A stretch of DNA of 64,000 nt, taken from Takakia lepidozioides. Its lineage: Eukaryota; Plantae; Bryophyta. Below the pieces are notes generated by a model that was not told the origin of the DNA, ran no database searches, and saw only the letters and a program-made list of their open reading frames with translations. Position 1 is the stretch's first letter. The number at the start of each line of letters is the position of its first letter. Shown piece by piece: positions 1 through 11,930 of this stretch. Location of the stretch: contig CM060734.1 in assembly GCA_030704615.1 (NCBI GenBank), positions 63,054,001 through 63,118,000 on the forward strand. The letters run 5' to 3'. The position numbers were made by a program, and so were the translations under genes.

Positions 1-3000
1 AGAGACAGACATAAGTATTGGAATCTACCGACACTCCTCCTTGGTCCAAAATGTGCAGCACTTTTTTCAGTTTTCCTGCCTTACACAGGGTCCTTAAATC
101 CTTGTAAGTGTGAGACTTCCTGATGTTGACTCGCTCTATAACTACTCTGTGCAAAGGAGCCAGAATGGTGGATGTGCCTGATTCGACCAACTCTGCCTGA
201 TTCAAACCTGCCATCCTGCATGGTTTTGAAGTCATTATTATAAACCGTGACACATAACCTACGTGCTGCAAAAGAAGGATCCCCTTGTGACGATAGGCTC
301 CTTGTGACATTTAACAGGGCTTATTTCCTTTCCCCTTCCACATCAAAAAGTGCATAGTTCCAATGAAGTCACCGACTTAGACAGCAGCTGCAATACCTAT
401 ACTGTCCTTTCATGCATAATCTACCAAGAACATGTGACAGCTGTGTACACCTTCACACAGACAAAAAACTACCACATATAATATCTGCACACAACTTACC
501 TGTACGTACACTCAAAACACACAACTTTTCTGCTCCAAATCTGTCTAAATGATGGCGATTGACTATACCCTCAATGAAACAGACTGCTCCTTGGGGATTT
601 GCAATGGATAGCTCAGTGGCTCCCATCATTAATAAAACACTGAGCAGAAACCCCATGCATCAAACATAGAAAGATCTGGAATCTGTGATGCGTGGATTTA
701 GGAAAAGAGGAGGCTTTCATACTGGAAGCACTGCAAGAACCCCCTGGCACTTGCGCTCACCACAGACTTTTGCATAAATGCTTCCAGCTCCGCCAACTGA
801 TGTTTACCCACCCAAGTTTCTTAAAGGTATGACTCCACAGTGCCTTCTTGGTGCCCTTGTGCTTGAAATGTGATCCTCTGGGATTGGTCTGCACCTACAC
901 TCCATTTCCTCCCCACAAGTAGCTGACAATAACAACCCATGAGTTCACTAACAACCCTACCGGCAGTACACTAGTTCCTACTGTGTGACGGAGAGAGAGG
1001 AACGAAAGACAGAAGGTATGGGGTGTGGCTACTAAGTCATACACCTGCAGAACTAGTTCCTCTCAATACTGACCCCCAGTGTGGATTTGGAAGCTATCTA
1101 CACATTAGGGTGTGGGAGCAGAATTTGTCTTACTGCTGATTACAGGGACTGATCGGAACTAACTTGATGAGTGGGCTTGAAAATCTGTACTCACATTTAA
1201 ATGCCGTGGAGTTATGGCCACTCCCTACCAGTCAGGATTTGGGATGCTCTGTGGAAGTTCAAGACTTCAAGTTGCTCTTATGATGCCACAGATGTGCCAG
1301 TGAATATATCATGACAATGTGCGTGGAATGGAGTGTGGGAGGGTCTTTGGTACAAGTCAGCACTTCCTCCTGTGGGTTCAAGCAATACTGAGATTCCCTT
1401 CCGCATAACAGTGGGAACATCCACCCTCGGTATGAGAAGATGACTTGTGATGTACGAGTAGTGTAAAGTAGTGAACTCACATGCACAAGGAAAGATTGAA
1501 ATATCAGGGATAGTTTCATTGTTCAAGAAGTTCCACTTTCTGGTAACTGAGTGGAGAAATGACATGACCAGGGGCATGCTGAGGCTGCTGGATGGGTTGC
1601 TGCAACTACATCATCTGAAGAATGCCGAGAGAATGCCAAGGCTAGCATCCCCAATGACTTTTCTTGGTACAAGAGGTGAACTCATGCCTGAGCCATTCTA
1701 TGCTTAGTGCTGGACCTCCATGAAATCACCACTGAGACATAGAACTTTAATTTCCAATGTGTGTGTGCTCTTGGAAGCTTTCTTCTGAAGAGCGTGGAGT
1801 TGGAAGATTTCAAACAATACGAGGTGTTTAATCCACATCTTCCTGCAACCTTTTCTTATCTGGAGATTTCACCATTAGGCGTATTCTCTTGATAGCTGGA
1901 TGAAAGGTTTCCTTCGAGTTGACCAACTTGCAGATTCAACTAGATATGGCCCCAAGTTACTCTCGCCTGAAATAAGGAGGATGCCATGTGATAACCCTGG
2001 CCTGCTATTTGCCTGCTTCATCGGACACTCTCTTAAATAAGCACACAGTGGCCTGACACTGACAGGATGAGGGAAGAACTAGATGACCTTCAGGTGTGTT
2101 CCATTCACACATTTGGGCGTACCGCACATTTAAGCTTCATTTGATCTGTCAGCAAAGATATGTACCTTGCAGTTTGAGGGTCTGAAACAGAAAAGTTACT
2201 TCTTCCAGGGCTAGTTCCTCAATCAACATTCTTGGATCTTGTTCTATAGTGTTGATGCCAAAGCCTTGGTGGTGTTTCTCACAATCATGGAATATTTTGC
2301 CATAGATCTTTCTCAGTACAAGGTGGACAATATTATTGAACCTACAGGCTGAAATTTTCCATGTGAATGGGTATCCTTTTTGGCTCTTGTTTGGATCCTC
2401 GAACTTTCATGTAATCATGAATGCAAAGATTGAGATGGAAAGTGATTCGAACTGATACTGGATGCTCCATATGTTCTGCTGTTGTCAGTTATGTATATGT
2501 GAGCTTGCACATTGTGGGAAACATGAAGGCAGATTCATTCTTTCAGAGAAATGAGATGAATTGATACTTTATAATATCCATGGCAAGCTCAAATAGCTTA
2601 TGGGACAAGAGAAGCATGAAACGAGAAAGAGAGTGGGTCCTCAACCCAAAAGTAACTATTGATCAAGGGCTTGTCTCAGTGTCAAAGCTTCGTGCAGATA
2701 TGCTGCCTCCCAAGGCTCTTCTTCGAATGAGCACTCATCAAGGGACCCCTCCTGCGTTGTGTCTAGCTTAATGGTGAGTGATTGACTCCCTTTTTTTTTG
2801 TGTGAGTCAGTCAGAGCTCGTTGGAACCAGTCATCATGCGTGCTCTGCCCTTCTTTGATGCTTGTTCCATGACATAGCATATGCTGTGTTCCTGCCAATT
2901 CTTCACCATAGCAGTCACCCTCGCATACGTTGTCTTGTATACGAGGGCCTTCTTCTTCATCTGTTGTCACAATGCAGTTGATGACCACTGCTTCACTGCA

Positions 3001-4141
3001 CACTATTTTTGTTGTGATCTCAGTGACGTGCCTCGAACACTGCCCATCCTCATCCATGGGAAAGTGCAGCTCCCCTTGCTGATCATGTTGATGTGTGTGT
3101 GGCCTGTCTCCCTGCAGCACACTCAACTGGTCCTCCAACAGCCTGCAAAAGATAAGCCCCTTCTTCCTTCTCCTTTTTGCCCTGTTGTGCATCCTTCCTT
3201 TGTTAATGACATCTGTGATCCCCTCATGAAATGTGATGTTCTCAGGCTGATCCCAACCTGGCATATCCCATGCTCCCCTACTAACCTCATTCCCTTGGTT
3301 TGCCTTGTGATGTGCAGTGACCCCTCTTACACCATCATCACTTGGTCTCACTGCTGCCTCTGTCTGTCTGCACTTCTCGCTCAAGTTCCAGTACTTCCAA
3401 GCTGAGTTCCCTTGGCAACCCTTGCTGTGCAGTTACGTGCCTCATCTGTGCTTGCTCTTGTATCTGAGTATTTAACTCACGATTCTTGACTGGAAAATAC
3501 ACCCTCCACAACACACTCCCCTTGTGATGGAGTCTTTTGACTTACTGTTCTCTCCATGCTTCTGTGAGACCTCTCATTGGCAGCTATGGTCTGTATGGTG
3601 TCTATGAATTTTTCTTTAATCCACAAGACCAGTACTATGATGCAAATTAGAGCCCTCACTATGCCGTGAAATACCCATGCACTCCATGGTTTCTTTTCTC
3701 TCACTGTGATAGAGCTTTGACCCTGCACTGCATGATCTGTGCTCTCTTCCCTTTTTTTTTAACAGTGATAGGGTTTTGGCCCTGCCTGTCATGGTCTGTA
3801 CTCTCTTTTTTGCCCTCAACTGTAGCTACCTGTACTGGATCTAGCATGGCCTCATCCTCTCTCTTGTCAACGTCTATTTGATTGATCCCTGGGAAAAATT
3901 GAAACCTGACTTTCTGTTTAGAGGTTTTGTCACTCAGATTGGGTGCCTCCTTAGTGAAGTGGGAGTTGGTACGACGGCTGTTACTGCAGCAACAGTGGCA
4001 CTTAGTTCCCCTCAATGCCCTCTGAATGGATCCCCTTATTTTGCAAAAAGCCAAATACTTTCGTAATGTCTGTACCCCTCACTTTCCCACTGTGTGACCA
4101 CTTCAGAGGGTCCAGATTAGTGTCCACCCAAAACTTTCTTC

Positions 4142-4666
4142 TCAACAACTCTTTTCTGTAGTTCCGCAATGCCCAAACAAATACCCCATAGTGGACTCTT
4201 CAATTGATTGACCTTGTTTCTTTTGCAGAAGCTTCTCTATGCCTGAAACTACCTCTGTACCATCCTTTCCAGACTTGGTGAGTGTTGCAGACACTGTCAC
4301 ATCCTCCAATCCCAATGTTAAAACCCATAGTTCCTTGACTTGACTGTCGGGATTGACATTATGAACCTGGATCTTCCCTTTGGTCATGATTTCATACTCT
4401 TCTTCCCCACAAGATCCTCCCACTGGGTAGCGACTCAAAGCATCTACATTGCCATGTTTAGCTCCTTGGACAATTTTGAAATCATAATCCTGTAGCATCG
4501 TTATCCACCTACCTCTCCTTCCATAGGCGTCACTAACTGTGGCCAACCACTCTAGGGGTTTATGGTCGGTTCTTACCGTGAATGGTATACCATAGAGATT
4601 TTGTCGGAAGTGCAGGATGCCCCACACCAGTGCATAGCACTCGCCCTCCATGGGATGATATCTTTT
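4142..4666 (-). pseudogene. Ty3/Gypsy-type RNase H (pol fragment), truncated by the palindrome array
   Basis: KRYHPMEGECYALVWGILHFRQNLYGIPFTVRTDHKPLEWL...GRRGRWITMLQDYDFKIV..GAKHGNVDALSR matches the Gypsy RT-associated RNase H motifs. The upstream part is replaced by the repeat array at ~4667. Confidence 0.85.
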
Positions 4667-5520
4667 CAGCGCCGCCCTACCTGGCTGGATGGAAATTTGG
4701 CGCCGGATTTCCATCCACGCGATTTCGAATTACCTGCGTGAGGGAAATTTCCAGCGCCGCCCTACCTCCGCGGATGGAAATTCGGCGCCGAATTTCCATT
4801 CATCCGGTATTCGAATTACCTGCATGATGGAAATTCGGCACCGGATTACCTGCGTGAGGGAAATTCGGCGCGCCGCCCTACCTCCGCGGATGGAAATTCG
4901 GCGCCGGATTTCCATCCGCGCGCTTCCGAATTACCTGCGTGAGGGAAATTTCCAGCGCCGCCCTACCCGGCCGGATGGAAATTCGGCGCCAAATTTCCAT
5001 CCGCGCGATTCCGAATTACCTGCGTGAGGGAAATTTCCAGAGCCGCCCTACCTCCGCGGATGGAAATTCGGCGCCGGATTTCCATCCGCGCGCTTCCGAA
5101 TTACCTGCGTGAGGGAAATTTCCAGCGCCGCCCTACCTGGCTGGATGGAAATTCGGCGCCGGATTTCCATCCGCGCGATTCCGAATTACCTGCGTGAGGG
5201 AAATTTCCAGCGCCGCCCTACCTGGCTGGATGGAAATTCGTCGCCGGATTTCCATCCGCGCGCTTCCGAATTACCTGCGTGAGGGAAATTTCCAGCGCCG
5301 CCCTACCTGGCTGGATGGAAATTCGGCGCCGGATTTCCATCCGCGCGATTCCGAAATACCTGCGTGAGGGAAATTTCCAGCGCCGCCCTACCTCCGCAGA
5401 TGGAAATTCGGCGCCGGATATCCATCCTGCTGCGCTCCGAATTACCTGCAGGATGAAAATCCGGCGCCGGAATTCCATCGTGCAGCGCTCCGAATTACCT
5501 CTACGTTGGAAATTCCGGGA
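4667..5520. repeat. Tandem array of ~10 x 85-bp units, each with a ~30-bp palindrome GGATGGAAATTCGGCGCCG(A/G)ATTTCCATCC
   Basis: The unit start CAG(C/A)GCCGCCCTACC recurs at 4667, 4752, 4953, 5038, 5123, 5208, 5293 and 5378 (85-bp period). Units near 4800-4950 and 5460-5520 are irregular. Confidence 0.95.
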
Positions 5521-6437
5521 CTGTTTACGTCGATTTTCATCCGACATGGAGGGCTTCATCCGACATTTAATTGCGCAGTTGGGCAATAAATGTCGACCGC
5601 CGTCGGTTATTATTCGGGCTGGCGACGCATGGCTTCCTGGACACGTACCCTAAATCTCATGCTAATCTTGGCTTAACATGGTATTCCAGGCATGTACCCC
5701 AAAAAAGGAGATCTTTTTGGCTGGGACTTATGCCGCCTGAAGGGCGTGGCTCTCCTGAGAGAGACCTCACATCCAGACCGCGGCGGAAGTTGAAAGCTCT
5801 GTACTACGGACGACGGCCAATCTCTCGCATGGCCAAACTGAAGCTCCAGCAGGAGATTCCAGTGTCTTGCTCACAACCTGCGCCAACTGAAGCCGAGTAC
5901 TCTCAGGCAAGCCACTTCTGCTTTCGGTTTGTTCGATTTATTTTTTGCTTTCGCTTTGTTACCTCGCTTTGTTTTTGCATCTTCATCCTGGCTTTGCTGT
6001 ATGAGTGAACTTTAGATAGTTGAGTGAACCTTAGATTGTTTGCAATGCGTGTGCAAATCCGGCAGCTCTGGAGAAGGCTGCTTGTGCATGTCATTCTTAG
6101 ACAATGGTTGCATTTGTTTTCATTGTTGTTGCATGGCTCTCCATACTTCCTAAACTTTGTTATGTTTTCATTTTTGCTACATGATTGTTGCTATGGTGGT
6201 TGCGCTGCTCGTTGCGATGCTGCTTTTTGCACCGATGTTGGTTTTCACGATTTTTGTCAATGACAGAGTGACGACGAGCCCGGCACGTTGGTGGTATCAT
6301 CGACAGCTCCAACTCATCGCATGTTTCAATCGCCCAACTTGGGGCGAGAGGGCAAACTTAAACCTTTTGTTGGTGGACGGGAGGACTTGCAACGAGATTA
6401 CGACAGAGTAGGCATTGGGGAGGTTGGTGCAGGCGGC

Positions 6438-9400
6438 ATGGCAGGTGAAGGGCGTGAGGACATGAGGACAGCAGATCCGACAATGGAGGTTGTTCATGCA
6501 CATGCAGTAGGGCACGCCCACGCAAAGAAAAAGAAGAAAGCTAAGCACATGCAATCCCCGGCGAGAGAGCAGTCACGGGCTGCGGAGGGGGGAGTGAGCA
6601 GTGCGCGCGAGGGTGTCAGTTCGCCTCAATCAAAGGTGGTCGTCCTGGAGGGCTCCCCTGCTGCTAGCCCTAGTAAGAAACAGAAATCCCGTGAGAGGGC
6701 AAAAGAGAGGGCAAAAGAACAGACGAGACAGAATGCTAGCCAGGAGGAAAGACAAAAGGCAGCTGAAGAGGCCAGGGGTGCCCAAATGACAGATGCCAAT
6801 GTAAGCGAGGGACACACAGAGACGGTGGATCCCTCCAAGACACCACAGAGAGGCAGTAACACACCGGTTAGACCATCGCGGGCAAGAGCAGCCCCCGCAA
6901 TTACCCATACGGTGGAGAGTGGAGGAGAGGAAAGAACACCTGAAAGAGCACGGATTGTGCAAGTTCGAGGTGAAGCCAGGGAGAGGGCAGTAGAGACGAC
7001 GAGAGTGCTGGAGGTGGTTTCGCAGGTGGCTGACCCTGTTGAGGAGGACGACATGGAGGTTTCTGACCAGGATGACATCCTCCCGGACATCCCCAGGCCC
7101 CAAACCCGGAGCATACAGGCTGGATTTGGCGGTCCTGGTGGGCTGCCGGAAAACCCCTCTGTAGCAGACGTCATGTCTGAGGCGGATATGAAGTTGGCCG
7201 CTGCCAAGATGTTGGAGGCAACCCACAGCAACATTGGTAGGGTGCTGGGGGGCATGGTGTACCCGGCCAAGCTTCGAATTCCCCTTTGCCGCTTGGTGTC
7301 ATTGCAGGTGGTGAGACCTGCCCTCCCAAGCGATATCGACAAGCTGAAATTCTCTTTCCAGGATGGATATCGAATGGGGTCTGCCGCGTTTTACGTTTAC
7401 ATTGAGAACGACCACGGAGCTTCCCGTGCCCACACTTCCGATGAGGTGGACAAATGGGTCCCCATTGGCAAACGCGAAATGAGGAGTTCGAGAGATCGAT
7501 TGCTAGTGATCCTCTTTTCCAGCACATGTCCGGTAAGATGTTCTACGTGTGGGACGGCAATCATCGCCTCATGGCATGGATGGAGCACATTGCCCAAGCC
7601 CACCCCAACGATCTCGATTGGCATTTCGCCGTCGATTGTGTTGTGCTGAAGGTTGCGGGGCCCAAAGATCGCAGTCTTCTCAAAGCTGCAATGGCCGACA
7701 TCAACTCGTAAGCTACAACCCCTCTCGCTTTTGGACTTTGAATTTGGAAGTCATTTCATTGCGAATCCTCATATATGATGAAAATTCCCATTTCAGTATT
7801 GTTTGATGGAAATGTGGCACTGCAGGGTGACTGAGAATGCCTTCATTGCCACCAACTTGTCCCATATGCTCTTCGAGTGAAGGATGTCGGGAAGCAGGGG
7901 GTGCAAGAGTTTGCCAATTCCCTCAGTGCCGACCTCCTGCGCAAGTCGGAGGCAAAGGCAGACAGAACCTGGTATAGGCTGAGCGTCGACGCCATGGTGG
8001 ACTACATATTTCAGGTAAAGCTCCTGACAATTTTGTTGAGCTAATCTGTCTCTCCTCCCCAATAGAAGAAATTGTGTTGAGCAGGATCTCTAATCTTATG
8101 TGTGCATTCTTGACAGACGAAAATACAGCAAGATTTGGCACATGCGCGGAGGTTCTACATGGAGTCAGAGGAGAAGAATCCAACCCTCCCGGAACTCGAA
8201 TCGTATGTCAAAGCTGCGGAGGTGAGGGCCCGCATAAAGTACAAGTCGCGGATGGTAAAGTACGTGGCCATAGCTGATCCCGCCCTTGGTGCCGACTTTC
8301 TGGTGGAGGTGGGGAAGCACTACTCTCGCGCTCTGAAGCCCACGATGACATTGGAGAAGCTCCATCGTCTAGCCACATCCTGTGTGGATGCAACAGAAAG
8401 GTGATACATTCTTAACAAAATTGTGGTGGCAACAACTCCTTTTTGTGGTGTTTGGCGCTTACGAATATGCTGGGTGGTTGGACAGACCCGGTGGCTCCAA
8501 ATCTGGAATGGTTCCCAAAGTACCAGGGACATGTGGAGCTTCCCCAAACCGGACAAACTCTCTGACCCCACATTCGACATGTGGATGAACCGCATGACAT
8601 GGTGGTTTCAGGTACTTCCCCACGCTTCGTTTGGGGCTTCTACTCTAGTAGGGGGTGGATTCATTGTATTTTTTGAGGAAAGCGATCTGATGGAGAATCT
8701 CCACAGGTGACGACGAATGCGCAAGAGCAGCTGGACACACAAGCACATCAGTTCAAGATGGAGATATCTCCTGCAGCAGAGAGCCTACGTGACTATGTGA
8801 CGAGGTACTTTCTGCTCTACAAAACCAACCTATTCTTTCGGGAGATAGCAGATGCTCGCCGGAGCCACGAGATCACCGACCAGCCGAACGCGGACAAAGC
8901 AGCAATGCGCCTTCTGTACAGGTACATACGCGCTGCCTTTCTTTCAAGTCCTGGCATTTCAGGATGTTAGAGGCCTCAAGTGGTGTTAGGGAAAATGGCG
9001 CCGAATTTCCAGTCAGGGCTCCAAAAATGGCTAAGTCCCTAGACTGGCTGGCCCGGAACTGGAAATTCGGCGCCATTTTCCAGTTCCAGGCCCTATTGCC
9101 GTCCAGGGACTTAGCCATTTTCGGTCTAAGTCCCTAGACTGGCTGGCCCTGAAGTGGAAATTCGGCGCCATATTCCAGTTTTAGGCCCTATTGCCGTCCA
9201 GGGACTTAGCCATTTTCTTGCTAAGTCCCTAGACTGGCTGGCCCTGAACTGGAAATTCGGCGCCATTTTCCAGTTCCAGGCCGTATAGCCGTCCAGGGAC
9301 TTAGCCATTTTCGGTCTAAGTCCCTAGACTGGCTGGCCCTGAAGTGGAAATTCGGCGCCATATTCCAGTTTTAGGCCCTATTGCCGTTCAGGGACTTAGC

Positions 9401-11930
9401 CATTTTCGGGCTAAGTCCCTAGACTGGGTGGCCCTGAACTGGAAATTCGGCGCCATTTTCCAGTTCCAGGCCGTATTGCCGTTCAGGGACTTAGCCATTT
9501 TCGGGCTAAGTCCCTAGACTGGGTGGCCCTGAACTGGAAATTCGGCGCCATATTCCAGTTGTAGGCCCTATTGCCGTTCAGGGACTTAGCCATTTTCGGA
9601 CCTCATTGTGTTTTTCATGAATGCAGGTACTGTAAGTTCTCCCTTTTGGAGAAAGGTCATCTGTCTTTCGAGCCACCATTCTTCCTGGCATGGAGGAACC
9701 CTGGGGCTGACTCCATGTACACTGACGATATTGTGAAGGAGTGGCATCTGGAACATTTGCGTGATTGCCCTTGGTATGTGGACCTTCCGCCCGGCTCGCT
9801 CGACCCATCCGAGTTTCAATTGAAGCTGGATGCTGAATTCCGACGAAACCGGGCTCCGCTGCCTCCGTTGGGTGCAAAAGAGGCAAAAGCGCCTGCGAAC
9901 TCCAGGAAAGCGGCAGAGCTTGCTCAGGCAGGAATTCAGGAGAAATTGCATGAGAAGAGTAAAGGTCAAAGGAAAAGGACAAGGAAACAGGTCACTGCAG
10001 TAACACCCAAAAAGAAGAAAACCATCGGGGCATCGGAGGAGGCGCAGGAGGGGACCCAAGAGAGTGACTCCGACGCCGATTTTGTTGAAGGTCCTGCGAC
10101 TGCTGTTGCTCCTACCCAGTCACCGGTCGTCGGGTTCCCAAGTCAATTCGGAGTGGGACTGGCTCTGCCAAAAGTTGGCATTTGAGGGCGAGCCTACACG
10201 CCGGTATTCGGCGGTGACGTTTACGCACAGGCCAAAGCTAGAACCTCCAACCATCATCCAATGCGTCAATGAGAGCTTCCTTGACGCTCTCGCTGCCAGG
10301 GCGAAGAAGGTGGCACACAACAAGTCTCTGGCGGAGCAGAAGGGGAAAGCCACGAAGAGGGCTGGCGGTACAGAGCCTAAAGACACCCCTGGTTTTGAAG
10401 CCATGATGGAATTCTTCACGGCTGTGAGCACGAATTGCAAGAGCACTCGGGGGGGGTTGAGGTGGAGAGAGCTTGCGACATGATTCTCCTCGACATTCCA
10501 GATGGGGAGCTGCTGGAGGGCCTGGATGGTGTGCCCACCTGGAACAGGTTTACTGAGGACTACTGGAAAGCCGGGTTTGTGCTGGCGGGGATGCTTCTGG
10601 ATGACGGTGGATGTGTGGTTGTCCTTGCCACGAGAGGGAAGACCACAGAGAATGCGGTGGCAAGGTGGACACCCAAAAGTGTCACCCCGGTCCTCCTCAG
10701 AAAATGGTTCTGCATCAGTACGCAGGGGTTGCAAACAGAGGCCAAAGTGTAAGTTATCAATCTATTGCATTCACTTCATATTGTGGGTGTATGTTAAGTA
10801 GACCCTGGAATTGATCCCTTCTTTGTTGGATGTGCAGACATTGGTGTTTGAGGCATATTGCTTTGTGAAGAGAGGGTCTACGTTCAAATTCCGCAACGAC
10901 GGTCGTCTTGTTGATGCCGCTGTGGACCCTGTAACCTACGAGGTCCTCTACAACTATGTGCCCCACTCTAGTATGCCGAAGGACACAAAGACAGGCAAAC
11001 CGTGGCGGTACAGCCGGACCCGGAGCCCTGCTTTCATCCAAACCCTCATGGAGACGTGCTCGGATGTCCAAGGGCGGATTTTGGACCTCACATGCGGCAC
11101 GGGTAAGCCTTCACGTGCTCAGTTGTCCCCTGGCCCGATTGCAATTGCATGCCGCAAGCTATTAACCGCCCGCTTTGTTCCTCAGGTGCTTCAATGTGGG
11201 CAGGGACGTTGTCCGACAGGCATGTGTTCGCCTTCGAGCCAGATACTGCCCTCCACAACTCGGAACTTGCAGCGGCTGAACGTCTGCCGAAAGAGGAAGA
11301 GGCATCCCTGGAGGATGAGGAAAATCCGAGAAGGAGCAGGGGGAGGAAGTTGGGATCGAGGCCGAGGAGCCCCCGGTTTACGAGTGAGTGGTGGCATTGT
11401 AAGTTGCCTCCAGATTTTGTGAGGCACCTCCCTCCGCTCTCTTATTTCATTGAAAACCCTTTCTGGTTGTGCTGTATTGACATTCTTGAAGTGGATTTGT
11501 TCTTACTGTAGGATGCCAAGTACTGCCGGAGGACGTCTACACCGGAGTTCATGGGCAGGAGGAACGTGCCTTTTTTTGCCAGGGGGGATTTCATGCCTAG
11601 TCCAGAAAGGGAGTACATCCTTCCTACTTATGCTGCCCGGCTTGCTTCGGTGTCCATTAGGAGGTGTTCCGAACGTAGTCGTGTTTATAGCAGATTTTAG
11701 ACGAGGCAAGCCTCAAGAAAATGAAGATGAGGGAGGAGGCAGCAGCTATTAGAGCCCGTCGGGCTCGTAGATTTGTGTTGGATTCTGCTGAGGAAAGTGG
11801 GGGAGAAGACGCAGAAGATTCCCAGGAGGTGAGGTGGACAGTCCCCCAAGGAGAGGACGGGATTTTTGAGAGGCATAATGGAACTGATGCATCACAGAGC
11901 TCGGAGGATGAGGGGGATGAGGGGGGATGA
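6438..11930 (+). CDS. Multi-exon gene with several single-base frameshifts: disordered NLS-bearing N-terminus, ParB/Srx-like domain, helical middle region, beta-class N4C/N6A DNA methyltransferase-like domain
   Basis: Approximate exons: 6438-7707, 7826-8014, 8117-8400, 8486-8611, 8707-8921, 9627-10746, 10838-11102, 11186-11383 and an uncertain last exon 11512-11930, with GT..AG boundaries, several phase-consistent. ParB-like segment: IPLCRLVSLQVVRPALPSDIDKLKFSFQDGY...FYVWDGNHRLMAW (7278-7580). MTase motif IV-like: CDMILLDIPDG (DIPDG at 10492-10506) followed by LLDDGGCVVV. Motifs X/I/II: RSPAFIQTLMETCSDVQGRILDLTCGT|GASMWAGTLSDRHVFAFEPD, split by intron 11103-11185. Start codon uncertain. Confidence 0.75.
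9031..9600. repeat. Intronic tandem array of 6 x 95-bp hairpin-forming units with alternating A/B variants
   Basis: CTAAGTCCCT starts at 9031, 9126, 9221, 9316, 9411 and 9506. Each unit reads CTAAGTCCCT...AACTGGAAATTCGGCGCCA(T/A)TTTCCAGTT-like core...AGGGACTTAG. The array lies in intron 8922-9626. Confidence 0.95.

Noticed and set aside
1-4140. ORFs 2656-3384 and 2881-3405 and a possible decayed integrase
   Set aside because: No convincing motifs; CpG-depleted degenerate sequence, probably old retroelement DNA.
4667-5520. CRISPR array (regularly spaced palindromic repeats)
   Set aside because: The sequences between palindromes are themselves near-identical, so there are no unique spacers. 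No cas genes are present and the context is eukaryotic.
4582-5653. ORFs with MEIRRRISI repeats on both strands
   Set aside because: By-products of the palindromic array.
6626-7342. Long minus-strand ORFs (238 and 198 aa)
   Set aside because: Antisense shadows of the GC-rich first exon of the plus-strand gene.
9031-9600. CRISPR array or coding repeats (ORFs 8873-9118, 9126-9308)
   Set aside because: Whole-unit tandem repeats inside an intron; the ORFs are repeat translations.
6438-11930. Bacterial or phage contamination as the source of the ParB-MTase gene
   Set aside because: The gene has multiple spliceosomal introns and NLS-like tracts, and a relative of its element is inserted in a plant retrotransposon in the same window.
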